From NCBI GenBank assembly GCA_964016885.1, contig OZ024741.1, forward strand, positions 398,598,001 to 398,662,000: a DNA stretch of 64,000 bases, given 5' to 3'. The stretch comes from Eledone cirrhosa (taxonomy: Eukaryota). The notes beneath the pieces are model-generated. The model did no database searches. It worked only from the letters and a program-made list of their open reading frames with translations, and was not told the DNA's origin. Positions within the stretch are counted from its first letter, which is position 1, and every line of letters starts with the position of its first letter. Positions 37,691-50,392 of the stretch are shown one piece after another. The position numbers and the translations under genes are program-made.

Positions 37691-40600
37691 TACTAATCTA
37701 GCTGTCGTCTGTTCGACAGCGTAGACGTAATTCACTTCGCGCAGAAGTTTTGTTCCAATTTATTGCGGAAATTTTGTAAGTTTAATTTTAATTTTGATAC
37801 TATTGTGTAGCTTGACCACCCGTCTGAACTGTCAGGCGGTGGGTCAGCTCATCTTCGCCCCTCCCAGGGGTGAAAAACCTGTTTTTAAAAATTTTGTGGC
37901 ATAACATTTCAATCGTCTGGCAGAAATGTTAAACGAAGCTAACGAAAATAGTGGTGGGGGGACAGCGGTAAGAGTTGTAAGCTCGCACGCTTTAGTCCCC
38001 CCCCCTTCCTTCCCAACTAACGTCATAGAGAAGGAAAGAAAAAATAAAATAAAAACATACGAATGTGCGGAGAAAAATGACGAAAACACAAATCTGGAGA
38101 TTGTGTCCAACAACAAAAAAAATTTGAAAGAATTGCATGACAATATTAATACCACAAACAAATAAACAACAAACACAAAAATAACATTTGAAAACAACAT
38201 CATAACAGAAAGCAAAACAGACGACAAAGTCAATACCAATAATATCTCTTTGCACAAACAACAAAGAAATCTTTAACATATATACCTGAAAATATTTCAG
38301 ATGTGGCACAAAGAATAAAAAACGCAAAACAATACATAACTCAAGGGGAAAATGGAACCTTATCGGTAAAAATGCCCCAAGAACTCACCAAAGATATTGA
38401 AAGTCGGACGGTCGTTTTCCGCACCATCAACAACATCTCAAAAAAACCTCAATAACCAACACAAGCAGAAATTAAAGCAGTACTTACAGAAGTACTTAAT
38501 GAAGCCACTTTCATAAGAAGAGACAGGCTGTATGGAAGCCTAGCCATTATTATGAAGAACGAATCAGCGGCAAAAAAATATGCTTTGTCGCCGATTCGTT
38601 CGACAAATTTTACCTTTTATCCATCTTATATGGGTAAAAGAACTCAGCGCATATGGCTGGATGCGATGATGCCAGATGTGGACTACTGCTGGCTCATAGC
38701 TGGCTTCATCGATCCAGTGAATGACAACGTGATTTCCATTGGGAAAACCACAGGCAATGCGTTCAGTGGAACAGGTATAGAACTTGTAGTGCAAATGAAG
38801 CCTGAACGCATTGCCCAAATACCCGACAGAATCCTATTAGAGGGCCACGGGTATATAAACATTAGCGTGGAGGGGAGAAGGCCGTCCTGTCATATCTGTG
38901 CAGGCAGAGGGCACCTGAAGGCGGCTTGTCCAAAACTCAACAAGAAGAAAACCCTGCTACCAACACCAGCTCCACCACCACCACAACAGATAAACAAACA
39001 ACAAAACTCAGTCCCACCCAACCCGTCCCTCAGTAAAACTACACCACCACCACAGCACAAACAGACACAACACATTACATTAACCAAAAACAAAACACAG
39101 TCCCACCCAACCCCCCACTCAATAAAACAACACAACCACCGCAGCCACAACACACAACACAGTCTAACATAGTGACATCCATCTCCCCCACAAAGAAAAC
39201 CAACACGGAAACATTACCAGCAAACATACCTCTTCCCTCCAACACTGAAGATAACCCAACGAATTCGGAGGAAGAAACGGAGTCCTTCAGACAGATTAAA
39301 AGGAAAAAAAGAAAACATGTGCAAAACACACAAGGCCAAACAGCCCCTACCCAAATGTCAACACAATCCAACAAAACACAAAACACCCCTCCAGCAACAA
39401 ACAAAACAAAATCTGCCACTCCCCTCTTCGAAACACTCACACCATCCGAAAAAAACATTACACTATACTTACATCAACAGAAACAATAATAAATTAAATG
39501 AACTCATAAACAATAACCCTTCGGTACAAACCGAACGGGTAAACTTTGTTTCTTCAGAAAACTACCCACATTTAAAATGAATAAAGATCCCAATGAACCT
39601 CTACCAAAAACTAAAAAAGGATTTTAAGGAGGACGTAGGACCACCCTCTGTCAAACCCATAAACCGCGTCCTCCTAAAAAGCTTTCCCCCTCCCCTTCCC
39701 CTCCCCAACACAACTCCAAACACTCCAACCCCACCACACACTGACGACCCCACACCACCACAAGACACCCCTTCACCCAACACCCCCGACCCCATGGAAG
39801 TCGTGCGACCCGAACCCCGGGAAGCAGAAAGGTAAATCTCTACACTCTCCTTTGGCTTTGCCGCCCACATGGATGTGTTAAGAGTAGGATGTTTGAATGC
39901 ACGTGGCCTGGGCTCAACTTGGAAGCAAGCAAAGCTTCTAAATGACCTCAGGTCACGTGGTATAAATGTAATGGTTATCTGTGAGACTCGGATCAGCGTC
40001 GTGCGGCAGCTGGCCCCTACATTCGATGACTTTGAGGTGCAAGCATCTCTCTGTCAACCTGGAGGTGGGGGTGGGGTTGTCGTACTGCTGGAAAAACACC
40101 TGGGTCTCGCCGTACAGGTTGTTCACTCGGACCCGGAAGGTCGTTTGTTGGTGCTAGACGTTGGCAGTAGTGGAGGTGCGGCCTTGAGACTGGTCGCCGT
40201 CTACTCCCCTTTCGGAGCTGAACGACCCGACTTCTTCCAGCGTCTGGAGACTTTTCTGGGAACGTCGCGTTCCTTGCTTCTAGCGGGGGACTGGAATGAC
40301 ATCCTAGATGCACGTTGGGACTATGCAGGAGCATGTCCTAATAGAGGGGGGTGTAACAGCCTCAAGGGGTTACTCGACCGTTTTAACTTGGTCGATAGAT
40401 ATCGACTAGATTTTCCAACTGTGCCAACCTGGACTTGGACGAACCACAGTGGTCAATCTAGATCGTACTTAGATAGATTCTTAGTTAGAAGTAAGGATAG
40501 GGACATATTAAGCTGTCCAGAAATGCTCACGGTTGGCTATACAGATCACAAATTAGTGACCTGCGTAGTCAACCTTGAGAGAACACATAGACAGGGTCCC

Positions 40601-43500
40601 GGTTACTGGAAACTTAATTTGTCTTTACCGGCAAAAGAGGCTTACAAAGACCGAATTAGCAGATTAGTTAAGGAGAGGTTGACGGGTGCAATCGTCAACA
40701 ACCGATGGTAGGCATCTCTCAAAAGAGAGATTAGAACAGAATCAATAAGTTATAGCAAGATGTTAGCTGCCGATAGGAATAGGAACGAGAAAGAATTAAC
40801 AGGTAAATTAGAAGAGGCAATCAAGAGCGAAGATGTGGCCAGAGTGCTGGCATCGAGGACGGCCTTGAGCCAGTTTTTCGATGCAAAGCACGAAGGCTGC
40901 GCCATTCGAAGTAAAATACGTGCTCTAGGTAATGAGGGGGTCAAAGCCGTTGGCTGGGCCCGCGTGACAGAAGCTAAGAGTGGAAATCGATCCACCATCC
41001 GGTCTTTGCAAGACGAGGATGGACGGGTGATCCGGAAGCCTAAGCAGATGTGCGAGGCCTTTCAAAGGCACTTTGCCCGATTGTTCGGGGGAGGCGGGGG
41101 TCCGGGCGGGGACGTGGATTTCAGTCCATACCTCGACGGCCTGCCGCGTCTCTCGAGCGAAGAGGCAGAATCCTGCGAGGGACCAATCTCGGCTGATGAG
41201 ATCGGGGATGCGCTGAGCCAATGCAGCAGACGCAAATCTCCAGGTCTCGATGGTATACCTTACGAACTTTATTTGGCAATGCCGGTCTTCTTCTCCGAAC
41301 TCCTCGAAGCAGTCTACTGCAATTGGCAGCAGAACGGGAGAATTCCTTGTTCTGTAGCCAAGGGCGTAGTCTCGCTGGTGAGGAAGGTCGAGAACAAGGG
41401 GATAGTATAAATAATTTTCGGCCCATAACCCTGCTAAACACAGAGTTAATGATTTTGGCCAAGGTGTTAGCAAAGAGGTTGGCGCTTGTCGTGGGTAGCC
41501 TGGTGGGAGATGCGCAGACATGTGCTATCCCATCCAGGTCCATTCACGACAACCTCCACCTCATGCGATACATCATAGAGAGGGTTGGCAACAAACCCGG
41601 TTTCTTCGGGGCCCTGATCAACTTGGATCAGTCTAAGGCGTTCGATAGGGTCGACCATGGTTACTTGGATGCGGTGCTAGCGGCGGCTGGGTTCGGCCCT
41701 GTTTTCAGAGGCTGGATCACTGCCTTACATAGAAACCACATCTGTTCTAGGATCAAGGTGAACGGTTACCTTTCGAAGCCGTTTGAAATCACACGATCCA
41801 TTCGACAGGGGTGCCCTCTCTCCTCCCTTCTGTACGTATTGACTCTCGAGCCTTTACTGAGGAAGTTGGAGTTGTTGCAGGGTATCCCCCTGGAACCAGG
41901 ATTGAGCAAAGCGGTGTCGGCCTACGCCGATGACGTAACAGTAATGGTATCGACAGACTCGGAGATCGAGGCGATCGGCACCTTACTGGAGGAATACGAA
42001 AGGTTGTCAGGAGCGAAACTGAACCGGGAAAAATCCATCGGGCTGCAACTCGGAACGTGGAGAGGCAGACCGATGCCTCCCGACGGTGTCGTCGGACACT
42101 GGACGGAGGGCCCGGTGAAGTTGCTTGGGGTCTGGTTTGGACCGGTCCTCCAGGTGGAAAAGAACTGGGACGAGGTTACGAGCAAGGTGTTTGCACTGAC
42201 CCAGAAATGGGCCAAGTGTAAGCTGTCCCTGAAAGGTCGGGCGGAGGTGGCGAACATTTACATAGCGTCCGTCACCTACTACCGCCTGACTGTCGTGCCT
42301 TGTCCTAAGGAAACACTCACCACCATGGAACGCATGCTCTTTCAATTTCTTTGGAAAAAGCGCCCTCCTATGGTGAGAAGATCCATCTGCTGCCAACAAC
42401 CTTCGAAAGGAGGGCTGGAGATGCCGTGGTTGATGATGCGTAGCCACGCATTAATGCTACGGCACCTACAGGTATTCCTCACTGGTCAACCGGCGTGGGC
42501 ACCGTTCGTGAGACGAGCCTTTCCGAGACTCGTTTCGCTCACCGAGCTGCAGTCCTGGGTCAAGCAAAGATCCGGAAAACTGGGCGACTGGCACACTGAG
42601 TGTGCCTAGGCGCTCAGGGCTCTCTGGCAAGCGGACCCGGCCACCTCGTCATTCTATAGAGGGCTGGTGGCTAGCAGGGGCGATGACACCCTTGGAGAGT
42701 CGCTGAACATGGAATAGGACGAACTGGCCAGCCTTTTCGGTAGGACTTTCGGCCCGGGACCAATGGACAACTTCCAGAAGTCACTGGCCTGGCAGTGCTA
42801 ACGGGGGGCTCTACGCGTTCGAGAAAAGCTCTACAGATACGGGCACCCGGGCAGGGATCCCTCGAAAAAGATTTTCCCTAGATGCGTGCGTCACGAAGAA
42901 ACCGTTGCGCACGCATTGGTGCAATGTCCGGGCGTGGCTGATCTATGGGGCTACGCCGAACAACTGCTGTCGCGGGTGGCGCCGATTCGATTGACCGCCG
43001 AGTCCGTGATGACAACCAAGCCGCCTCTCCTCTTCACAAAGGAAGCAAAGGCGGTTTTTCTGTGCGTAATAGCCATGTTGCAAGAGGTTGTTTGGTGGAG
43101 ACGATTGAAAGGTCTGAGGTCAGGCAACTTCCTCTCTGGCCATAGTCTGGTCTACTTCTTCCGATATCACTTCGGAAGAAGGATAAGAATGGAGAGAGAG
43201 GTGCTTGGCCACAGGCAGTTTTATGAAAGGTGGGTGATAGTGGCGAGAATGGCTGGTGTAAATGGGCCTTCTCTGTATACCATCCTGTAGGTAAAGAAGT
43301 GAAGGAGAGGGGAGCACCTCGTCCATGTGCTCCCCGGGCAAAGGATTGCACACTTTTTCGGGTGTGTGTGCAACCCCCATCACGTCCCCTCCCTTTTGAG
43401 GTTGTTTTTGATTATTTTCATTTTATACCCTTTTTACTCGGTTTTATGTAAACTCCCCCTTTGTATTTGTCCCTTCTTTTTATGCCTTTATGGTAAATAA
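37691..43500 (+). mobile_element. Tx1-clade LINE copy B: full length, decayed
   Basis: ORF1 pieces with CHICAGRGHLKAAC; ORF2 39869-43290 (GCLNARGL, GDWN, YTDHK, GPGYWKLN, KSPGLDG, DQSKAFDRVDH, YADD) with stops and frameshifts. Confidence 0.93.
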
Positions 43501-43536
43501 ATCTATCTATCTATCTATCTGTCTATCTATCTATCT

Positions 43537-43744
43537 AGGAGCACTTGCACAACACGCTCCTTGAGTTGAGGGTTGTTCTATCGACGGGGTATTAAACAAC
43601 CCATTTGTGGCGCCTCCCCCCTATTGGGGATTTCGATTGTTGAAATTGTTTGTTTTTATATTTTTTACACGACTGTATGTAAAATCCCCGGCATGTCTTT
43701 GTATTGTCCCCTTTCTTGTTGCGCCCTTGTGGCTAATAAAGAAA
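43537..43744 (+). mobile_element. Isolated Tx1 3' UTR matching the 3' end of copy C
   Basis: Same as 49353-49559 except one extra C in a homopolymer. Confidence 0.92.
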
Positions 43745-44292
43745 TCTATCTATCTGTCTAACGTGTGGAATATCGCCGGTAAGTTTTTTGTTAATTTCTA
43801 TGCAAAAAACCGATCTAATTGTTTGAAAAAAATACAACACTTTGTAGATTAACCCCCAAGCTGAATTGTCAGCTGGGTGGTAATCCCATTTTTCGCCCCT
43901 GTAGGGGCGAAAATTTTATTTAAAAGTTTGTCTTAAAATATCAAATTTTACAAAGTAAAAAAAAACTTGAGCAACACTAGAACGCTGGAGAACGTTAATA
44001 GTGAAAAGAGAGAGAAAGAGGCAGATATTAACGTTATATCTGCTTCTGCTGCTATGGACGTTGCCATAGATACTGTCACAAAAGAAAAAAATATATCAAC
44101 ATTTGAAAATGTTACAATTTCTACCGCCGAAGCGGAGAAAAATGACAATAACACACGGGAAAACACGGCAAAAAACCCATTGACATACATACACATGAAA
44201 AAGACATCAACAACTCTACAGATACATCTACACATAAAATTTCCAACAACGATAACATCATTATTAACAACAACATCACACAAAAAAAGAAA

Positions 44293-45840
44293 ATGTCTTT
44301 TGCTGACACAGTCAACAAGAAACAAGATTTTATAAATCTTGATATCTCCAACGCAAGAGATATGCTCCAGCAAGGGAGAAAATTTGTAACTTTCGAAGAA
44401 AGAGGTGGGTTTAGAATTAACTCACCCCTTGAAATAAAGGAAGACACAAACCGCCGATCAGTCACTTTTAGGACTGTGTCAAATTCGTCAAGAAAACCGA
44501 CATTTGTTAATCAGTCAGATATAGAAGATTCTTTCAAGGAGATTCTAGGAAATGTCGATTTTCTCCAGCGAGGAAAACAGTACGGAAGTGTTTCCGTACT
44601 GTTTAAAAGCGAGACACTGGCCCAAAAAAACTCTGTGACACCAATAGTGTCAAAAGCATACACCTTTTTCCCTACATACATGGGGAAAAGGACACAAAAA
44701 ATAAAAATAAAAAACATACCTCCAAGCATTAACATCTGGTGGATCTTGGCTGGCTTCGTAGAGCCAGAAACAGACACAATACTTTCGATACGAAAATCCA
44801 TTCGACAAAGGTGGGCGGGCACCGATTTGGAGATTCTGTTGCAAATGAAACCGGAGAGAATCTCCAAAATACCCGAAAGAGTCGTTATTGATAATAACAA
44901 CAAAATAAACATTTCGGTAGAAGGAAGAAAATTTCACTGCTTTCGCTGTGGTAGCACATCTCACCTAAAAGCCTCTTGTCCACAAACACACAACAGCAAC
45001 ATCATAAAAAAAACGCTATTACCAACACCAACACCAAAACAACCACCACCACCACCACAAGTACAACGACAGACGAAACGAGCAACCACACCAAAACAAA
45101 CAGACACTCAACCAACAACAACAGAAAAAACAGAGACAACACCCCTGAAGAACACATCCCCACTCCATCCCACTCCATCAAACACTACCACAAACACACA
45201 TACCGAAACACCACCACCACCACACAACATACCCTTACCCCACACACCTGACGATGATTATTCATCGACGGATGAAGCTGCTTCTCCTTCTTTAAGTGAA
45301 GAAGAGGGAGAACCGCGGAAATCCAAAAAACAAAAAAAGAGACACCACAAAACCCACAAAACTCCAATCACCAACACCAACACACAACCACAGACACAAA
45401 CAACAACACAAACAACACCACAGTCAAACATCCCCCTATCAGCAAAACCAGCACCAACACAACCCCAAACACAAGCACCCACCATAAAAAGAAAACTCCC
45501 AGATGAACAACAAACTAAAACAATACAACAAAAACACAAACAACAATACGCATACATCAACACAAACAACAAGAGTTTGATGGAGGTCATCTCCCAAAAC
45601 CCCAAGGTGGAGACGGAGGGCAAAACTTTCAAGGCAGAATCGTCTCCACACCTTAAACTTATAAGGGTTTCTATGGAAACCTATAAAGACCTGAAAATTA
45701 AATTTTCACAGGACGTGGGCAACCCCTGCCACAAACCCATCAACCGCGTCCTGTTGAAAGGTTTCCCCACCCCACCCAACACCCCATCCAGCACCCAAAT
45801 GGAGATTGAACAACCCGATCTCCAGGAAACGAAAAGGTAA
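44293..45840 (+). CDS. Tx1 ORF1, gag-like nucleic-acid-binding protein (515 aa)
   Basis: CCHC knuckle CFRCGSTSHLKASC; P/T/Q-rich linker; C-terminal KPINRVLLK motif shared with copies A and B. Confidence 0.85.
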   Translation: MSFADTVNKKQDFINLDISNARDMLQQGRKFVTFEERGGFRINSPLEIKEDTNRRSVTFRTVSNSSRKPTFVNQSDIEDSFKEILGNVDFLQRGKQYGSVSVLFKSETLAQKNSVTPIVSKAYTFFPTYMGKRTQKIKIKNIPPSINIWWILAGFVEPETDTILSIRKSIRQRWAGTDLEILLQMKPERISKIPERVVIDNNNKINISVEGRKFHCFRCGSTSHLKASCPQTHNSNIIKKTLLPTPTPKQPPPPPQVQRQTKRATTPKQTDTQPTTTEKTETTPLKNTSPLHPTPSNTTTNTHTETPPPPHNIPLPHTPDDDYSSTDEAASPSLSEEEGEPRKSKKQKKRHHKTHKTPITNTNTQPQTQTTTQTTPQSNIPLSAKPAPTQPQTQAPTIKRKLPDEQQTKTIQQKHKQQYAYINTNNKSLMEVISQNPKVETEGKTFKAESSPHLKLIRVSMETYKDLKIKFSQDVGNPCHKPINRVLLKGFPTPPNTPSSTQMEIEQPDLQETKR

Positions 45841-45881
45841 GTGCACCTTTCGTCCTTTTTCTCCAACTTTTCTTCACCAAC

Positions 45882-48800
45882 ATGGCTGGTTTACGAGTTG
45901 GAACCGTGAATGTGCGTGGCCTAGGGATGCCCTGGAAACAGGGCCAACTTTTAAACGACCTTAGGTCACACAGTATGGATGTGATAGCCATCACCGAGTC
46001 CAGAATCCACAACAGGCAGCAACTAACCCCCATCTTCGACGACTTTGAGATCTACGCATCTCTCTGTCAGCCAGGAGGTGGAGGTGGAGTGGCTGTTATG
46101 TTTCGGAAGAACCTGGACGTCGGAGTACAGCAAGTACACTTGGACCCGGAGGGTAGACTGGTAGTCCTAGACGTGAACAGTATCGGAGGTGGAGCCTTCA
46201 GACTGGTGGCCGTTTATGCCCCGACCGGGCAATCGCAATCACGGCCAGACTTCTTTAAGCGTCTAGAGTCTTTTCTGGGAACGTCTCGCTCCTTACTTTT
46301 AGTGGGGGACTGGAATGGTATCCTAGATGCACGATGGGACTATGTGGGAGCATGTCCCAGTAGAGCCTCAAAACAGCCTCAAAACTTTAATCGGCCAATT
46401 CCAACTGGCCGATAGGTATCGACTGGATTTCCCGACTGCACCACAGTGGACGTGGGTAAACCGCAGTGGGACATCTAGATCGTATTTAGATAGGTTCTTC
46501 ATTAGAGAAAGGGACAAGGATATGTTAAGCTGTCCACGAATGCACATGGTTGCCTATTCAGATCACAAGTTAGTCGTCTGCTTAGTCAACCGTGATAGAA
46601 TACATAGACAGGGTCCCGGATACTGGAAGCTGAACGTGTCGTTGCCGGCACGTAAAGCTTACAGTGAACGGATAAGTAAACTAGTCAAGCAACAGTTAAC
46701 GGGAGCCATCGTCAACAATAGATGGTGGTACTCTCTCAAGAAAGCAATTAGAATAGAATCGATAGGGTATAGCAGAGAGTTAGCCTTAGAGAAAAACAGA
46801 ATAGAAAGAGAACTAGTAGCCAAGGTAGAGGAGGCACTTAGAAGTGGCAACGCGGCTAGAGTGTTAGCGTCGAGAACGGCACTGGACCAGTTCTTCGATG
46901 CGAAACACGAAGGCTGCGTGGTCAGAAGCAAAACACGTGCTCTAGGAAACGAAGGAGCGAAAGCTGTCAGCTGGGCCCGAGTGGCGGAGGCAAAAAGTGG
47001 CAACAAGTCCACGATTCGGTCTTTGAAAGACCAAAACGGACGCGTGTTACTTGACCCCAAGCAAATGTGCGCGGCCTTTCAGCGGCACTTTGCGCGACTG
47101 TTTGAGCAGAACGACGGTGAGCCGAACGGGGCAATGGACTTTAGTTCATACCTCGACGGCCTGCCGCGTCTCTCGAACACGGACGCCGAGTTCTGCGAAA
47201 GACCGATCACGGACACTGAGATACGGGACGCTCTGGGCCGCTGCGGGAAACGCAAGTCACCCGGTCTAGATGGTCTACCCTACGAATTTTACATAGGCAT
47301 GCCGGACTTGTTCTCTGGCGTCCTCGAAGCCGTCTACTGCAATTGGCAGCAGAACGGGAGAATTCCCAGTTCTGCAGGCAAGGGCGTAGTAACGCTGATC
47401 AGGAAAGACGAGAACAAGGGGGACGAAATTAACAACTTCAGGCCCATAACTCTGCTCAACACAGAGTTAAAGATTTTGGCCAAGGTGCTAGCGACGAGGT
47501 TGGCGCTTGTCGTCGAGAACCTGGTAGGGAAAGCGCAAACGTGTGCAATCCCGACCAGGTCCATACACGACAACCTCCACCTCATGCGATACATCATAGA
47601 GAGGGTGGGTAGTAAACCCGGCTTCGGTGGGGCTCTGATCAACTTGGATCAGTCTAAGGCATTCGATAGGGTCGACCATCGATACTTGGAAGCGGTTCTC
47701 AAGGCGGCCGGTTTCGGTCCCGTGTTCAGAGGATGGATCGAGGCAATGCACACCAGCATCTGCTCGAGGGTCAAGGTGAACGGCTACCTATCGGAGCCGT
47801 TCGCAATCACGCGTTCCATTCGACAGGGATGCCCTCTCTCCTCCATTCTGTATGTATTGACTCTAGAGCCACTACTGCGGAAATTGGAGCTGTTGCAGGG
47901 CATCCCCCTAGAACCGGGACTGCGCAAAGCGGCGTCGGCTTATGCCGACGACGTGACAGTAATGGTGTCGAGCACCTCGGAAATCGGGGTGATCGGCAAC
48001 ATACTGAAAGAATACGAAACGCTGACGGGAGCAAAACTAAACCCAGACAAGTCTGTCGGTTTGCAACTCGGTACGTGGAGAGGCAAACCGATGACATCCG
48101 ACAGCGTCGTTGGACGCTGGACGGATGGACCGGTGAAATTGCTCGGGGTCTGATTCGGTCCAGACCTCCAGGTGAAGAAAAACTGGAACGAGGTCACGGC
48201 CAAGGTGTTTGCACTCACTCAGAAGTGGGCAGAGTGCAAACTGTCCTTGAAAGGTCGAGCGGAGGTGGCGAACACTTTCATAGCGTCCGTCATCTACTAC
48301 CGCTTGACTGTCGTGCCTTGTCCCCGTGAACACCTCGCCAAGATGGAACGCATGCTCTTCCAGTTTCTGTGGAAGAAGCAGGCTCCGCTGGTGAGGAGAT
48401 CCGTCTGCTGTCAGCACCCTTCCAACGGAGGGCTGGGAATGCCGTGGCTGATGATGCGCAAACATGCGCTGAGGCTGCGGCATCTCCAGGTATTCCTCAC
48501 CGACCCCCAACCGGTGTGGGCACCGTTTGTGAGACAGGCTTTCCCACAGCTCGTCTCGCTAACGGAGCTGCAGTCCTGGGTGAAGAAAGGACCGAAAACG
48601 ATGGGCGCCTGGCACATTGAATGCGCTCAGGCGCTCACAGTCCTCTGGCAAGCGGGCGCAGCAATCAGTGGAGACTCCACTTCGACATTCTATAGAGGGA
48701 TTGTACGTTACAAGGGCGACGACGTGCTCGGAGAGACTCTGGGCGTCGAAGACGATGAGCTCACCAGTATGTTTGGTAGGACTTTCCGCCCGGGACCTAT

Positions 48801-49326
48801 GGACAACTTCCAGAGGTCCCTGGCCTGGCAGTGCTACCGAGGAGCTCTACCGGTTCGTGACAAGATCTACAGGCACGGACGCCCTGGCAGGGATCCTTCC
48901 AAGAGGACGTGTCCAAGATGTGCGCAGGACATTGAAACAGTTCTGCACGCAATTGTACACTGCCCGGGCGTAAGCGACCTGTGGAACTATGCAGAACAAC
49001 TGCTGTCGCGTATGGGACAAATACAGTTGACTGCCGAGTCCATAGTAAGGATCAAACCGCCAGACTCTTTCAAAAACGAAAGAGAGGCGGTTTTCCTCTG
49101 TACGGTGGCTATGGTGAAAGAAGTTATATGGTGGACGAGGTTGAGAGGACTGAGGACAGATGCCTTTCTCTCCGGACAACAATTGATTCCATTCTTTAAG
49201 TATCACTTTAGAAGGAGAATCAGGGTGGAGAGAGAGGCACTGCACCCCAGTAAATTTACTGAAAGGTGGGTGAATGAAGCGAAAATGGCCCGAGTGATTG
49301 GGCCTTCTCTGTTTATAAGCCTGTAG
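45882..49326 (+). pseudogene. Tx1 ORF2 (APE-RT-CCHC) with a frameshift near 46370 and TGA at 48151-48153
   Basis: GTVNVRGL, ITES, GDWN, YSDHK, NFRPITLLN, RQGCPLS, YADD, CPRC...H...C. Confidence 0.92.
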
Positions 49327-49558
49327 GTTGAGGAAGAGAGCAAAAGGAAGAAAGGAGCACTTGCACAACACGCTCCTTGAGTTGAGGGTTGTTCTATCGA
49401 CGGGGTATTAAACAACCCATTTGTGGCGCCTCCCCCTATTGGGGATTTCGATTGTTGAAATTGTTTGTTTTTATATTTTTTACACGACTGTATGTAAAAT
49501 CCCCGGCATGTCTTTGTATTGTCCCCTTTCTTGTTGCGCCCTTGTGGCTAATAAAGAA

Positions 49559-49630
<72 letters not shown>

Positions 49631-49631
49631 C

Positions 49632-50392
49632 TACCAGACGTGTGTAACTTCGCGGAGAAGTTTCCGTTAATTTATGTAAGAAAAAAGCGTGAGTTTTCAG
49701 TTAAATTTTATATTATTGTGTAACTTGAACCCCCGTCTCGACCTTCAGGTGGTGGGTCAACTCATTTTCGGGCACTACAACGCTATTAGCTGTCAGTCGT
49801 GAAAGCAGCCGATGAAAGCAGGCGAAGGTGACGTCATTCGTCATCGTTTATTTCCGTATTACTACCACCACGCGTAAGTGGAGTTTCACGCGTTTTTTAT
49901 TTTTTTAATTAAAGCATATCGATGTAAGTGGAGTTACTTAAATGAAAATATAGGTGGCCCTTAAAAGGGCCAAATTAGAAAACAAATTTAAGTTAATTAG
50001 AAAAAAAAAAAACTCCACTTACGCGTGGTAGTAATACGGAAATAAACGATGTTCAGCTAATAGCGTTGTAGTGTCCATTTTCGCCCCTACGAGGGCGAAA
50101 TATTCGTTTGAAAAATTTTTTCTCCATCGAATTTTGGAAAAAATATCGTAAGAAGTTTGATTACGTTATGAACGCTGCATTCGACGGTAATGGTGGTGGA
50201 GAGTCGGTAAGACTACATAGCTCGCAATCAACATCGCCTTGTTCCCTTTCCTTCTCCATAGATACTGAGATGGAAAGACGAAATGAAATTGTAAAAACAA
50301 ATTCATATCCAAACAACACAAATGACACCAAACAGTACAATGACAACAAAAATAACAACAACAACACCAATAATGATGATAAAAACAACAAT
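49632..50392 (+). mobile_element. Tx1 copy D: 5' end only, interrupted by MITEs
   Basis: AGACGT...AACTTCGCG.AGAAGTTT start and twin hairpins homologous to the 5' UTRs of B and C. Confidence 0.7.
49770..50076. mobile_element. MITE with TIRs GG(G)CACTACAACGCTATTAGCTG and a target duplication
   Basis: TIR pair plus subterminal inverted CATCGTTTATTTCCGTATTACTACCAC; CATTTTCG duplicated at 49763-49770 and 50076-50083. Confidence 0.88.

Larger units (their letters stand above)
43761..49559 (+). mobile_element. Tx1-clade LINE copy C: full length, nearly intact
   Basis: Intact ORF1, ORF2 with two visible lesions, AATAAA then (ATCT)n. Confidence 0.95.
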
